Positions 38,752 through 47,909 of a DNA stretch of 64,000 nt are shown one piece after another (the first letter of the stretch is position 1; each line of letters begins with the position of its first letter). The DNA lies in the sequence record SRR2962707_2232. One strand, given 5' to 3'. Under the pieces are notes generated by a model that worked only from the letters and a program-made list of their open reading frames with translations, was not told the DNA's origin and searched no databases. Position numbers and translations under genes: made by a program.

Positions 38752-39759
38752 ATGTCGGTTTCAAAACCAAAATTCATGCAGCCAAAAGCGGATGATGGTC
38801 TTTTGTTTGGATGCGTGCTGAACGGAGATGGCACAGCGAAGTTGATCGGTTGGGCGGAAGCGGAAAACTGGAAAGATGGTGATCCGACGATTTGGGTTCA
38901 TCTTGATCGCGATTCGCCGCGGGTCCAAAAGTGGCTGAACAAAAAAAGCGGGCTGACATCACCGACCACTGACGCATTGCTGGCCGAAGAAACACGGCCG
39001 CGTGTGTTTCATGGGAATCAGGGATATGTCACAATTTTGCGCGGCATCAACACCAATCCTGACGCGGATGCGGAAGATATGGTGGCGATGCGTATGTGGT
39101 CAGATGGCAAGCGTGTTATCACGATACGGCAAGAGCGTTTGATGACACCGCGCGATGTGCTGGAGCAACTCATCGACCACGGAACAGGGCCGCAAACCGC
39201 CTCGCAGCTTTATGAAAGGCTGATCCACCGGATCAATGAACGCATGGCTGATGCTATTGACGCGTTAGATGATGACCTTGATGTAATCGAAGAAAATATA
39301 GATCTTGACAATGTAAAGTTAGTGCGCGAGCAATTGTCAGAGTTGCGCCACAAAACGGCGACCTTCAGACGCTATATTTCTCCGCAAAAGGAGGCGTTGA
39401 GCAATTTGCTTGGCGATTCACCAAAATGGTTTGGCGAAGATTGTAAGATGCGTTTGCGCGAAACGATTGACCGTCTATTTCGCTATCAAGAGGAAATTGA
39501 TTCAGCGCGTGAGCGCACTTCCGTGATCAAAGATGACATTGCCAATCAGCTTGCAGAAGCCAGCAACAAGACGCTTTATGTGCTGGCAATCGTTTCGGCA
39601 ATCTTTTTGCCGCTTGGCTTTTTAACAGGCCTTTTGGGCATCAATATTGGTGGGATACCGGGCGTTGATAATCACTATGCTTTTTGGATTTTCTGCGGCT
39701 TTATGGTTTTGTTGTTAGGCGTTGAATTGGCGCTTTTCAAAAAGCTAAAATGGCTGTGA
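38752..39759 (+). CDS. zntB: CorA-family zinc transporter ZntB
   Basis: WVHLD, LLAEETRPR, LRGINTNP, FLPLGFLTGLLGINIGGIPG (GIN motif). Confidence 0.85.
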   Translation: MSVSKPKFMQPKADDGLLFGCVLNGDGTAKLIGWAEAENWKDGDPTIWVHLDRDSPRVQKWLNKKSGLTSPTTDALLAEETRPRVFHGNQGYVTILRGINTNPDADAEDMVAMRMWSDGKRVITIRQERLMTPRDVLEQLIDHGTGPQTASQLYERLIHRINERMADAIDALDDDLDVIEENIDLDNVKLVREQLSELRHKTATFRRYISPQKEALSNLLGDSPKWFGEDCKMRLRETIDRLFRYQEEIDSARERTSVIKDDIANQLAEASNKTLYVLAIVSAIFLPLGFLTGLLGINIGGIPGVDNHYAFWIFCGFMVLLLGVELALFKKLKWL

Positions 39760-39768
39760 TGCGCGAAA

Positions 39769-40554
39769 TTATTGCGCCTGCACTTCCTGCATATTGCGCA
39801 CGGTTTTGAGCGTGTAGCTTTTGGGCAAAAATGGCATGAGCCACATTAACAGGCGGCGCTGGCGGCTCACACCGGCAAAGACATCGAGATCGCCGCGCAA
39901 CATTGCTTCATAGCCAATTTTTGCGACTTCAGCCGCTGATGTCGTATCAGTGAAGAGTGCCGTTTTGTCCATGCCGGATGTGGCGGCAAATTCGCTGGCT
40001 GTTGCCCCGGGCAATAGGGTCGTTACCGTCACATTGGTGTCGCTTAGTTCTTCGGCAACTGCGTTGCTCAAATAATGCACGAACGCTTTTGAAGCAAAAT
40101 AGATCGCCTGGAGCGGACCGGGCACGAGTGCCGCAGTGGATGCCACATTCAATATGCCTCCCTGATTGCGCGCAACGAGGCTCGGCAAAAAGAGGCGGGT
40201 CAGCGCTGAGAGGGCGATGACGTTCACCTGTATCATCTCTCGATTGCGTTCCCAGTCTTGCTCGTGGAATTTACCGCGTAGCGCAAAGCCTGCATTGTTA
40301 ATGAGGTAGGTGAGTTCGATTGCCTTTGCAGCAACTTTATCAAAAATGCGCTGAGGCGCCATTTCATCGTTTAGGTCTTCAGCGATTACTAGGACTTGCG
40401 TGCCATGCGCTGCTTCAATCTCTTGTTTTAGCGCATTTAGCCGGTCGAGGCGGCGGGCGACAAGAACTAGATCGCCGCCGCGGCTGGCATGAAGTCGCGC
40501 CATTTCTTGGCCAATACCGCTCGAAGCGCCTGTGATCAAAGCTACATTTCTCAT
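39769..40554 (-). CDS. Short-chain dehydrogenase/reductase
   Basis: ALITGASSGIG, LINNAG, YFASK. ATG 40554 preferred; the longer track ORF overlaps the divergent TetR gene. Confidence 0.88.
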   Translation of the reverse strand: MRNVALITGASSGIGQEMARLHASRGGDLVLVARRLDRLNALKQEIEAAHGTQVLVIAEDLNDEMAPQRIFDKVAAKAIELTYLINNAGFALRGKFHEQDWERNREMIQVNVIALSALTRLFLPSLVARNQGGILNVASTAALVPGPLQAIYFASKAFVHYLSNAVAEELSDTNVTVTTLLPGATASEFAATSGMDKTALFTDTTSAAEVAKIGYEAMLRGDLDVFAGVSRQRRLLMWLMPFLPKSYTLKTVRNMQEVQAQ

Positions 40555-40574
40555 TTTGTTTTTTAGTCCTTGCC

Positions 40575-40646
40575 TAAACCGAATTAATATTCTGTTTTGA
40601 CAGAATGAGAAAACTTTGTCAATAAACCGAATAAGTATTCTGTTTA
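40575..40646. promoter_or_regulatory. Two TetR-type operators between the divergent SDR and TetR genes
   Basis: TAAACCGAATTAATATTCTGTTT (40575-40597) and TAAACCGAATAAGTATTCTGTTT (40623-40645), each an imperfect palindrome. Confidence 0.7.
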
Positions 40647-40655
40647 GGGTGACGC

Positions 40656-41309
40656 ATGAGCAAAAATCGTTGGGTTTCGGAACTGCATTGGCGGCGTGAA
40701 GGCCAGCAAACGCGCAGCGGTCGCACACAAACCGCATTGCTGGATGCTGCTGAAGCGCTCATTTTGGAGCGGGGCACCGAGGCGACATCCATTGCGGATA
40801 TTGCTGCGCAAGCCGGTTTTTCCGTGGGTGCGGTCTATCACCATTTTAAAGATAAGCAGGCGCTATTCTTTGCGCTGTTTCATCGGATGACGGATGCCTT
40901 TGAAGCGCTGAATATAAAAGCTTCGGACCCTGCGCTCTGGGAAGGTGCGACCATTCGTGATCTGCTGCGCGGCTATATGGAAATTTCGCTCAATATGGCT
41001 AAAGAGGCAGGCTCCGCAAAGGCTGCTGTGTCCGCTGTTGTGGCCGACTATCCCGAACTTGCGCAACATTATGCCGAAATTCAGGGCCAATCGCGCAAAG
41101 CTTTGCTTGGCTTGATGATGGCTCGGCGCAGCGAAATTGGTACTTTAAATCATGAGCAGGCTGCCGCTTTTGCGATCGACCAACTTGCGGCAATGGTGCG
41201 TGCCCGTGTCGATCCGGCCCAACGCTTGGCGTCACTTCAATCTATCGACGATGAAGCTTTTATGCAGGAAGCCATGTTAATGTTGGCTGAGTATTTGATG
41301 CTGGACTAG
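40656..41309 (+). CDS. TetR-family transcriptional regulator
   Basis: QQTRSGRT..ALLDAA, TSIADIAAQAGFSVGAVYHHFKDK. Confidence 0.9.
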   Translation: MSKNRWVSELHWRREGQQTRSGRTQTALLDAAEALILERGTEATSIADIAAQAGFSVGAVYHHFKDKQALFFALFHRMTDAFEALNIKASDPALWEGATIRDLLRGYMEISLNMAKEAGSAKAAVSAVVADYPELAQHYAEIQGQSRKALLGLMMARRSEIGTLNHEQAAAFAIDQLAAMVRARVDPAQRLASLQSIDDEAFMQEAMLMLAEYLMLD

Positions 41310-41318
41310 GTCGTCAAC

Positions 41319-41346
41319 AAAAAGGCGCACCGTTTGGCGCGCCTTT
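41319..41346. terminator. Probable bidirectional terminator between convergent genes
   Basis: AAAAAGGCGC...GCGCCTTT inverted repeat. Confidence 0.6.
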
Positions 41347-41369
41347 GATTGTTTGATTGATTAGGCTCT

Positions 41370-42929
41370 TTATTTGACGACGGTAATACGACCATCTGTG
41401 TAAGGTGTATATGGGCCTTTTTCAGCAAGATAGTCGCCCAAAACGTCTGCTAGATCAGGGCCGAAGTCGTAGACTTTACTGGCATCGACGAACATTTTAT
41501 AGCCATCGCCGCCATTGCGCACATAGTTGTTTGATACGAGCAAATAAGATTTGGCTTCATCAATCGGTTCGCCAGCAATTGTTACATCTGAAATGCGTTC
41601 GCCAACTGGCTTCGTAATATCGGCTGTAAAGGTCATACCTGCGACTTGCGGGAAGCGGCCTGCGACCTCTTCATATTGGCTCACGCCATTTTCCAATGCT
41701 GTTTTAATCGCAGCACCTGTTGTCTCAAAAGTTGAAAGTGTGTTCTGGAATGGCAATACGGTGAGCACTTCACCCATGGTTACTTCACCGGCGTCAATCG
41801 ATGAGCGCAATCCGCCGCCATTGGTAATCGCTGCAACAACGCCTTGATCCGCCACACGCGCGAGCATGGCATCGGCAACAAGATTGCCCATCTGACATTC
41901 TGCTGCACGGCAATTATCACGCGACCCATCGATAGCATCGGCGGTTTCTGCGACCACTTTATTGCGGATTTCGTCAAGCGGTACAGCAAGTTCTGCGATA
42001 CGTGCAACAGTGGTTTCGTCTTCGCTTACGGACGCGTCCATTACAAGCGGTTCGCCGGTTGCGGATGTTACATTGCCTTCATCATCAAAAACGACGTTCA
42101 GTTCACCCAAAAATTTGCCGTAGGCATAGGCTGAAACAATTGCCGTGCTGCCAACCATTGTTGGATAGTCGCCTTCTGCGCCGTCCATTTTGCCCAAGAG
42201 TGTGTTGGTGTGACCGCCCACAATCACGTCTACGCCAGTTGTGTTGGCTGCAACATCTTTATCAACGCCATATCCAGAGTGTGAAAGTACGATAATTTTA
42301 TTGACGCCTTCTGCCGTCAATTTATCAACTTCGCCCTGAACAGCTTCTGCAGGCGGTGTGAAGATCACATTTGGGCCTGGTGATGAGAGTTCATCCGTAT
42401 CAATCGGTGTAAGGCCGATGAGGCCAATTTTTTCGCCGTCTTTTTCAATAATGACAGATTTTGCCAATTTATCGGCTAGTTTCGGTTCGCCTGATACGTC
42501 TGCGTTTGACATCAGCACAGGAAAATCGACAGCATCCATAAAGCCGGCAAGCACTTCTGGGCCGTCGTCAAATTCATGGTTGCCGACAGTCATTGCGTCA
42601 TAGCCAAGCTTGTTCATGAACTCGGCGGCCATTTTGCCTTTATAATAGGTGTAGAAAAGCGTGCCTTGGAATTGGTCGCCGCCATCGACAAGAATTGAAT
42701 TTGCCGTTTTGGCACGGGCATCTGCAATCGCGGTGATAAGGCGCGCTGTGCCGCCAAAGCATTTGCCTTCAGTGTTGTCTTCCGCACTACATGTTGAATC
42801 ATATTTCGATACTGGTTCGAAACGGGCATGGAAGTCGTTTGTGTGGAATATTGTTAGTGAATAGTCCGCAGCAGCGATCCCTGTGCTAAGCGCGAGGATG
42901 GCGGTTGATGCAAGAAAACGTTTGAGCAT
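41370..42929 (-). CDS. Periplasmic 5'-nucleotidase / metallophosphoesterase (UshA-like)
   Basis: Signal peptide, HTNDFH, DGGDQFQG, GNHEFD, LSHSG, VGGHTN, NGGGLR, LPFQN. Confidence 0.9.
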   Translation of the reverse strand: MLKRFLASTAILALSTGIAAADYSLTIFHTNDFHARFEPVSKYDSTCSAEDNTEGKCFGGTARLITAIADARAKTANSILVDGGDQFQGTLFYTYYKGKMAAEFMNKLGYDAMTVGNHEFDDGPEVLAGFMDAVDFPVLMSNADVSGEPKLADKLAKSVIIEKDGEKIGLIGLTPIDTDELSSPGPNVIFTPPAEAVQGEVDKLTAEGVNKIIVLSHSGYGVDKDVAANTTGVDVIVGGHTNTLLGKMDGAEGDYPTMVGSTAIVSAYAYGKFLGELNVVFDDEGNVTSATGEPLVMDASVSEDETTVARIAELAVPLDEIRNKVVAETADAIDGSRDNCRAAECQMGNLVADAMLARVADQGVVAAITNGGGLRSSIDAGEVTMGEVLTVLPFQNTLSTFETTGAAIKTALENGVSQYEEVAGRFPQVAGMTFTADITKPVGERISDVTIAGEPIDEAKSYLLVSNNYVRNGGDGYKMFVDASKVYDFGPDLADVLGDYLAEKGPYTPYTDGRITVVK

Positions 42930-43184
42930 GGGAAGTCCTCTTTAGGTTTTGCCGATGGTTGAAGTTTTGATAGTGAACATATTTGACCATCGAGTCAAAG
43001 CTATGTTTATGAATTTTTTGTTCTGTGGATGCTGGCATTATTTGACAGTTGTGAACGCGTCATTTGTAGATTTTAATTTCCCAATTTTCGCAAGCCATTG
43101 CGTGCATCGCCAATTAAATTATAAAGTTGTTTCAATATCTTTGGGGCGCACTGGTTCGTCTCCTTCCTCTATAGGAGCCAAAAA

Positions 43185-44432
43185 ATGTCCCGTTGGATGT
43201 GGTTTTACTCAATTGTTACGAAACTTTTATGGCTACGCGCCAGCTTGTTTGGTTTGGCGGCTGTGATAACCACTGCGCTCGCCATTCTCGTTCAGGACTA
43301 TATTCCCGATAGCATTCCAGAACTTATTGGCGCTGCTGCTATTGATGATATTTTGAATATTCTGGCATCCAGTATGTTGGCAGTTACAATATTTTCCGTC
43401 AGCAGCATGGTCGCGGCCTATGGCTCTGCGACCAGTAATGTTACCCCACGTGCGACGAAATTGCTGATTGAAGACCGTCTGTCCCATAACGTGCTGTCTA
43501 CTTTTATTGGCACGTTCATCTTCAGCCTTGTGGGAATTATAGCTCTGAAAACAGGTGCTTATGATGCATCTGGCCGCGTCTTATTGTTTGTTGTCACGCT
43601 TTTGGTCATTGTTCTCATCGTTGTTACTTTGCTGCGCTGGATAGAATATCTTGTGCATTTGGGGCGTGTTAATGAGACCATTGAGATGGTGGAAAATGTC
43701 GTGACCGAAGGCTTGTTGGAGCGGCTAAAAGTTCCATATTTCGGTGGCAATCCGCTTCTTGATTTTGATGATATTCCGACTGGTTCAATGCCGATTTATG
43801 CCGACAAAGTTGGCTACGTTCAATATCTGGATGTTGCAGCTCTCAATGAAATTGCTGAAGAAGCAGGTGGGCAGATTTATGTGAAGGCATCGCCCGGTAC
43901 GCTTGTCCATCCGGCGATGGCATTGGCGTTTGTCTACAACATTCCCTTGGAAGACTACCACACGCGATTGCACAAGGCATTTATTGTCGCCCGCGAGCGG
44001 TCGTTTCGCCAAGATCCGCGATTTGGCATGGCGGTTTTGTCTGAAATTGCGTCCCGTTCTCTTTCGACCGGTATTAATGATCCGGGAACGGCCATACAGG
44101 TGATCAGCGTGGGCTTGCGCATTTTGCTCCAATGGGCAAAGCGCAGTGAGTTTGCCGAAGGCGGGGATGTTGCTCATCCATTGGTGTATGTGCCTAGCCT
44201 AGACGTCAGTGATCTTTTCGACGACTTCTTTTCACCCATAGAGCGCGACGGCGCGGCCATTTATGAGGTGGCTAACCGCCTCCAAAACGCCTTCGGCGCG
44301 TTGGCGCAAAGCGGTGATCCTCAGTTGGAAGAAGCTGCGCGTGCGCATTCGGCAACGAGCTTTTTGCATAATCAAGCGGCAATGCGTCTGGAAATCGATG
44401 TGGAAAAATTATTGCCCCATTGCCTAAAATAG
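43185..44432 (+). CDS. DUF2254-family membrane protein
   Basis: ILASSMLAVTIFS...ATSNVTPRA, ERSFRQDPRFG, EIASRSLS.GINDPGTA, IERDGA. Confidence 0.82.
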   Translation: MSRWMWFYSIVTKLLWLRASLFGLAAVITTALAILVQDYIPDSIPELIGAAAIDDILNILASSMLAVTIFSVSSMVAAYGSATSNVTPRATKLLIEDRLSHNVLSTFIGTFIFSLVGIIALKTGAYDASGRVLLFVVTLLVIVLIVVTLLRWIEYLVHLGRVNETIEMVENVVTEGLLERLKVPYFGGNPLLDFDDIPTGSMPIYADKVGYVQYLDVAALNEIAEEAGGQIYVKASPGTLVHPAMALAFVYNIPLEDYHTRLHKAFIVARERSFRQDPRFGMAVLSEIASRSLSTGINDPGTAIQVISVGLRILLQWAKRSEFAEGGDVAHPLVYVPSLDVSDLFDDFFSPIERDGAAIYEVANRLQNAFGALAQSGDPQLEEAARAHSATSFLHNQAAMRLEIDVEKLLPHCLK

Positions 44433-44478
44433 GCAGCAGCGCATTTGGCGGATTATTGGCGATTAAACATGCAAATTC

Positions 44479-44958
44479 TTAACCCTGCCAAGGGCCATAG
44501 TCTTCGGGAAAATGCGTTTTATCGTCTCTGGTTTTTAAAGCGTACTGCGCATTGCAGATGTGGCATGTTTTCGCAAATTCGTCGCCTTGGAGTATGCTTT
44601 TTATCCCTTTTTCTTTGCAATGGGGGCAGAGAAAATGAACTTTTTCGCCCGCTTTTTCGGTGGTTTTTAGGCGATAAACAATAGAGCCGGCGGGTGTCTC
44701 AAACAACGCATAGCGTGCAAAGTCATGCTCGTTGGCTTCTTCCAGCGCGACAATCGACTCAAGCAAATGAGTTTCCACAGTTAGATTGGCAAGCTTTGCA
44801 TCTTTGATTTCTCGTATCAATTGGACAATACTTTGTTGAGACGGTGAGTTGTCTGTCAATTTTTCAACAGTTGTCAGTGACGATTCTAATGTATCATTGC
44901 CTGTTTTTACGAGCTTAAGCGCCGTCTTAATGCTGGTGATAATCGTCATAGGGTCCAT
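44479..44958 (-). CDS. Hypothetical protein, helical N-terminus plus C-terminal Zn-ribbon
   Basis: AAGGA RBS; HFLCPHC...KSILQ...CHIC. Confidence 0.65.
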   Translation of the reverse strand: MDPMTIITSIKTALKLVKTGNDTLESSLTTVEKLTDNSPSQQSIVQLIREIKDAKLANLTVETHLLESIVALEEANEHDFARYALFETPAGSIVYRLKTTEKAGEKVHFLCPHCKEKGIKSILQGDEFAKTCHICNAQYALKTRDDKTHFPEDYGPWQG

Positions 44959-45204
44959 AATTGTTTCCTTTGGCTTTCTCAGCTGTCGATTTGCTTACAC
45001 CTTATTCTAACATAGGCACTGAAGTTAAGTTTTCCAACGCAATGATCTGATGCTGATCTAGATCAACGTTCGCGTTTCCCAACAGGTTGATGATTACACC
45101 AAAGACAGAAGTGTCGCGCATTTGCGATACAAGCGAATGAATTTACGCAGCTTTTTGGCTGTTTTAATTCAGTGTTGTGCGCTGTTTCAGAAAAGGAACT
45201 AATC

Positions 45205-45549
45205 ATGCAAATTATTATAAATACGGACGAGAATATAAACGGCAGCGAGGAATTGACGGCTTGGGTGTCAAAAGAAATCAGCACGCGTCTAGACCGGTTC
45301 AGTTCCCACATCACCCGAATTGAAGTTCACTTGAGCGATGAAGATGCCGATAAAACGGGCGGTTCTGACAAACGCTGCCTGATCGAAGCGCGCCTTGAAG
45401 ATCGGCAGCCAGAAGCGGTGAGTGATCAGGCCTTTACACTTGAAAGCGCTGTATCAGGTGCGTCGAAAAAACTGCAACACTCGTTGGAATCAACGCTTGG
45501 CAAGATCAACCACTTTAAGGGCGGCGCGACCATTCGCAATGCGGGTTAG
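45205..45549 (+). CDS. HPF/RaiA-family ribosome-associated protein (short form)
   Basis: MQIIINTD, LDRFSSHITRIEVHLSDE, DKRCLIEARL. AAGGA RBS before ATG 45205. Confidence 0.82.
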   Translation: MQIIINTDENINGSEELTAWVSKEISTRLDRFSSHITRIEVHLSDEDADKTGGSDKRCLIEARLEDRQPEAVSDQAFTLESAVSGASKKLQHSLESTLGKINHFKGGATIRNAG

Positions 45550-45590
45550 CACCACCTTCTTTACTCGCTTCGCAGAATTAGCCCAAGCTT

Positions 45591-47663
45591 TTAGTCTTGG
45601 GCTAGCTCCGCAATTTCACGGCGGAATGGCAGAGCGTCGCCGATGTCCTCGCCGTCCAATTCACGGGCATAGCGGTGCCCTGCATAAGTTGCCCATGCAA
45701 TTGGACCTGGTGCATTGGCGTCGCCGATAATTTTGACTGACTTGATGCCTGCATCGGCCCAATCTGCTTCGCGTGCCATCAAGTCGTTATAGACAGCGTC
45801 ATTGGAAATGCGCGATGCCACCATGACAACTGCATCCGCTGCATGTTCCTGTGTTCTATCAGTGTAGGTGCAATTTGTTGTCACTGACCCTTTGCCGACA
45901 GAAACGACACCGCGGTTAAGCTGAATGTCCACGCCCATTTCAACAAGACGGCGATGGATGGTTGCTTGCTCTAATGTGTTATTTGTCCAATCGGAGACAT
46001 AGGCACACGGCGTAACCAATGTCACTGTACAGCCGTTTTTCACCAAAAGTTCGGCTAATACACCGCCCATATAATAGTGGTCATCGTCATATATGGTCAC
46101 GTTGCCGGTGGGCAATTTGCGAGCCATCAGATCATCTGGCGTAAAGATAGGCATGGCCGTATCAATTGGCATCGGGACAACATGTTGGCGCGATACACCA
46201 TCGGCACGCCACTTCGAGCCGGTCGCGATACAGATATTTTCAAAACCAAATTCGAGAATCTGTTCCGCGTCTAGCCGTGAATCAAAGTAAATATCGACAT
46301 TGGTTTTCTGCGACAATTGATAGTCGCGGTAATCGACGACACGGCCCCATGCAGAAAGGCCAGGCAGCAAACGCTCTTTTGCCACGCGGCCGCCAACCGC
46401 TAAGCCAGCCTCAGCTAAAGCCACATCATAACCACGTTCAGCGCAAGCCCGCGCCGCTTCTAGGCCAGCTGGGCCTGAGCCAATGATTAGCACATTGGAT
46501 GAGCCGCCTTGTTTATTCATTATTTCAGGATGCCAGCCTTTACGCCATTCTTCCATGAAGGTTGGGTTCTGCGTGCAGCGGCTGATCGACATCGTCATAT
46601 CGCCGGTGATGCAGATGTTGCAGCCGATACATTCACGGATGTCTTCAATGCGGCCTTCTTCAACCTTCTTAGGAAGGAACGGATCGGCAATTGATGGGCG
46701 GGCGCAGCCGATAAAATCCAGCGTGCCAGATTTGATCTGTTTGACCATCACATCGGGGCTGGTGAAGCGGCCAACGCCAACGACGGGTTTTGATGTGATC
46801 GATTTGATGCCCGTTACCAAATCAAATTGTGCTGCTTCTTCCTTAAACCTTGAGGGGCCGGAACAATCTTCCCAAGCGCCATGGGCCAAATCCCATAGAT
46901 CGGGCAAGTCTTTGTGCATCTCTATAAAGTCACGCACCTCAGAGTTTGCAAAGCCAAGATCGCCGATCATCTCGTCAAGCGAAAGGCGCAAGGTGATACC
47001 CATTTTATCGCCAACTTCATTGCGAATATCTTCAACGACTTCGCTGACAAAACGTGCGCGGTTTTCAAGGCTGCCGCCATATTCGTCTGTGCGGTGGTTT
47101 GTGGCACGGGATAGAAAGTGCTGGAAAATGCCAAACCCATGAGCGCCATAAAGGCAGATCAAATCAAAGCCTGCGGTGCGCGAGCGCTTTGCTGCATTTA
47201 CGAACCAGCGCCGCAGATTTTTAATATCTTGTTTGTCTAGCGCTCGTGCCTGAACGGGGTCATTGGTAAAGGTGCGAATAGGCATCGCGGACGGCGCTAG
47301 TGGCACTTCCTTGGTATAAAGGTTGGGTCCATTAATCCCTGAATAGGCGAGCTGAATGCCCGCCAGTGCGCCGTGTTCTTTCATCCGGTCCGCCATCTTG
47401 GCGATCATTGGAATGTCTTTATCTTCCCAAAGACGCAGCTCAATGAAAGGCGTAATTTCCGATGTGTGGTGCATTTCGCACTGCTCGGTAAAGATGACAC
47501 CCCAACCGCCCTGGCTTTTTATGCTTCGCATTTCTGCCGCTGCTGAAGGGTCGCGGTAACCGCCACCATTACAATGGGGGACCTGATAGAAACGATTTTT
47601 TGCCGTAACTGGACCGATTGCCATCGGTTCAAATAAAATGTCGTATCGGCTGTCACGAGACAT
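45591..47663 (-). CDS. Histamine dehydrogenase-like flavo-iron-sulfur enzyme (trimethylamine dehydrogenase family)
   Basis: KNRFYQVPHCNG.GYRDPSA (Cys for 6-S-cysteinyl-FMN), PFIELRLW, YGAHG, GVGRFTSPD, RECIGCNIC...RCTQNP [4Fe-4S] motif, EEWRKGWHPE. As recalled, closer to histamine dehydrogenase than to TMADH. Confidence 0.8.
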   Translation of the reverse strand: MSRDSRYDILFEPMAIGPVTAKNRFYQVPHCNGGGYRDPSAAAEMRSIKSQGGWGVIFTEQCEMHHTSEITPFIELRLWEDKDIPMIAKMADRMKEHGALAGIQLAYSGINGPNLYTKEVPLAPSAMPIRTFTNDPVQARALDKQDIKNLRRWFVNAAKRSRTAGFDLICLYGAHGFGIFQHFLSRATNHRTDEYGGSLENRARFVSEVVEDIRNEVGDKMGITLRLSLDEMIGDLGFANSEVRDFIEMHKDLPDLWDLAHGAWEDCSGPSRFKEEAAQFDLVTGIKSITSKPVVGVGRFTSPDVMVKQIKSGTLDFIGCARPSIADPFLPKKVEEGRIEDIRECIGCNICITGDMTMSISRCTQNPTFMEEWRKGWHPEIMNKQGGSSNVLIIGSGPAGLEAARACAERGYDVALAEAGLAVGGRVAKERLLPGLSAWGRVVDYRDYQLSQKTNVDIYFDSRLDAEQILEFGFENICIATGSKWRADGVSRQHVVPMPIDTAMPIFTPDDLMARKLPTGNVTIYDDDHYYMGGVLAELLVKNGCTVTLVTPCAYVSDWTNNTLEQATIHRRLVEMGVDIQLNRGVVSVGKGSVTTNCTYTDRTQEHAADAVVMVASRISNDAVYNDLMAREADWADAGIKSVKIIGDANAPGPIAWATYAGHRYARELDGEDIGDALPFRREIAELAQD

Positions 47664-47755
47664 AAAGAGGCTCCTAAGTGGCTGGACGGATTTATATTAG
47701 GCTAGTTCAATAGTGCTTGAGGCGTTTGGAAAAGAAACCACTTCCAAAGTAGTGC

Positions 47756-47805
47756 TTAGCGTAAACCTAAACAAATTCGTTTTTGTCTGATTAGCCGTTA
47801 CCCAA
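47756..47805. promoter_or_regulatory. LysR-type T-N11-A boxes in the divergent promoter region
   Basis: TTAG-CGTAAAC-CTAA (47756-47770) and TTAG-CCGTTAC-CCAA (47791-47805). Confidence 0.45.
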
Positions 47806-47909
47806 CCCATGATTAACGAAAACATTTTTGTATGCTTTTGATTGTCTGCATAGATTGCTCTGAATTCCAAAATCTGACTTCGAGCCAAAATGTTTAAGGA
47901 TCCATATTG

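Noticed and set aside
39769-40737. N-terminally extended ORF-track versions (SDR from 40737, ytfQ from 2022, DUF1028 from 55278, ArgE-like from 58550, GMC from 31466)
   Set aside because: The extensions overlap neighbouring genes or promoters; downstream ATGs fit RBSs or family N-termini better.
45591-47663. Trimethylamine or dimethylamine dehydrogenase for methylotrophy
   Set aside because: Same family, but the N-terminal motifs as recalled and the neighbouring genes point to histamine dehydrogenase; no C1 or ETF genes are adjacent.
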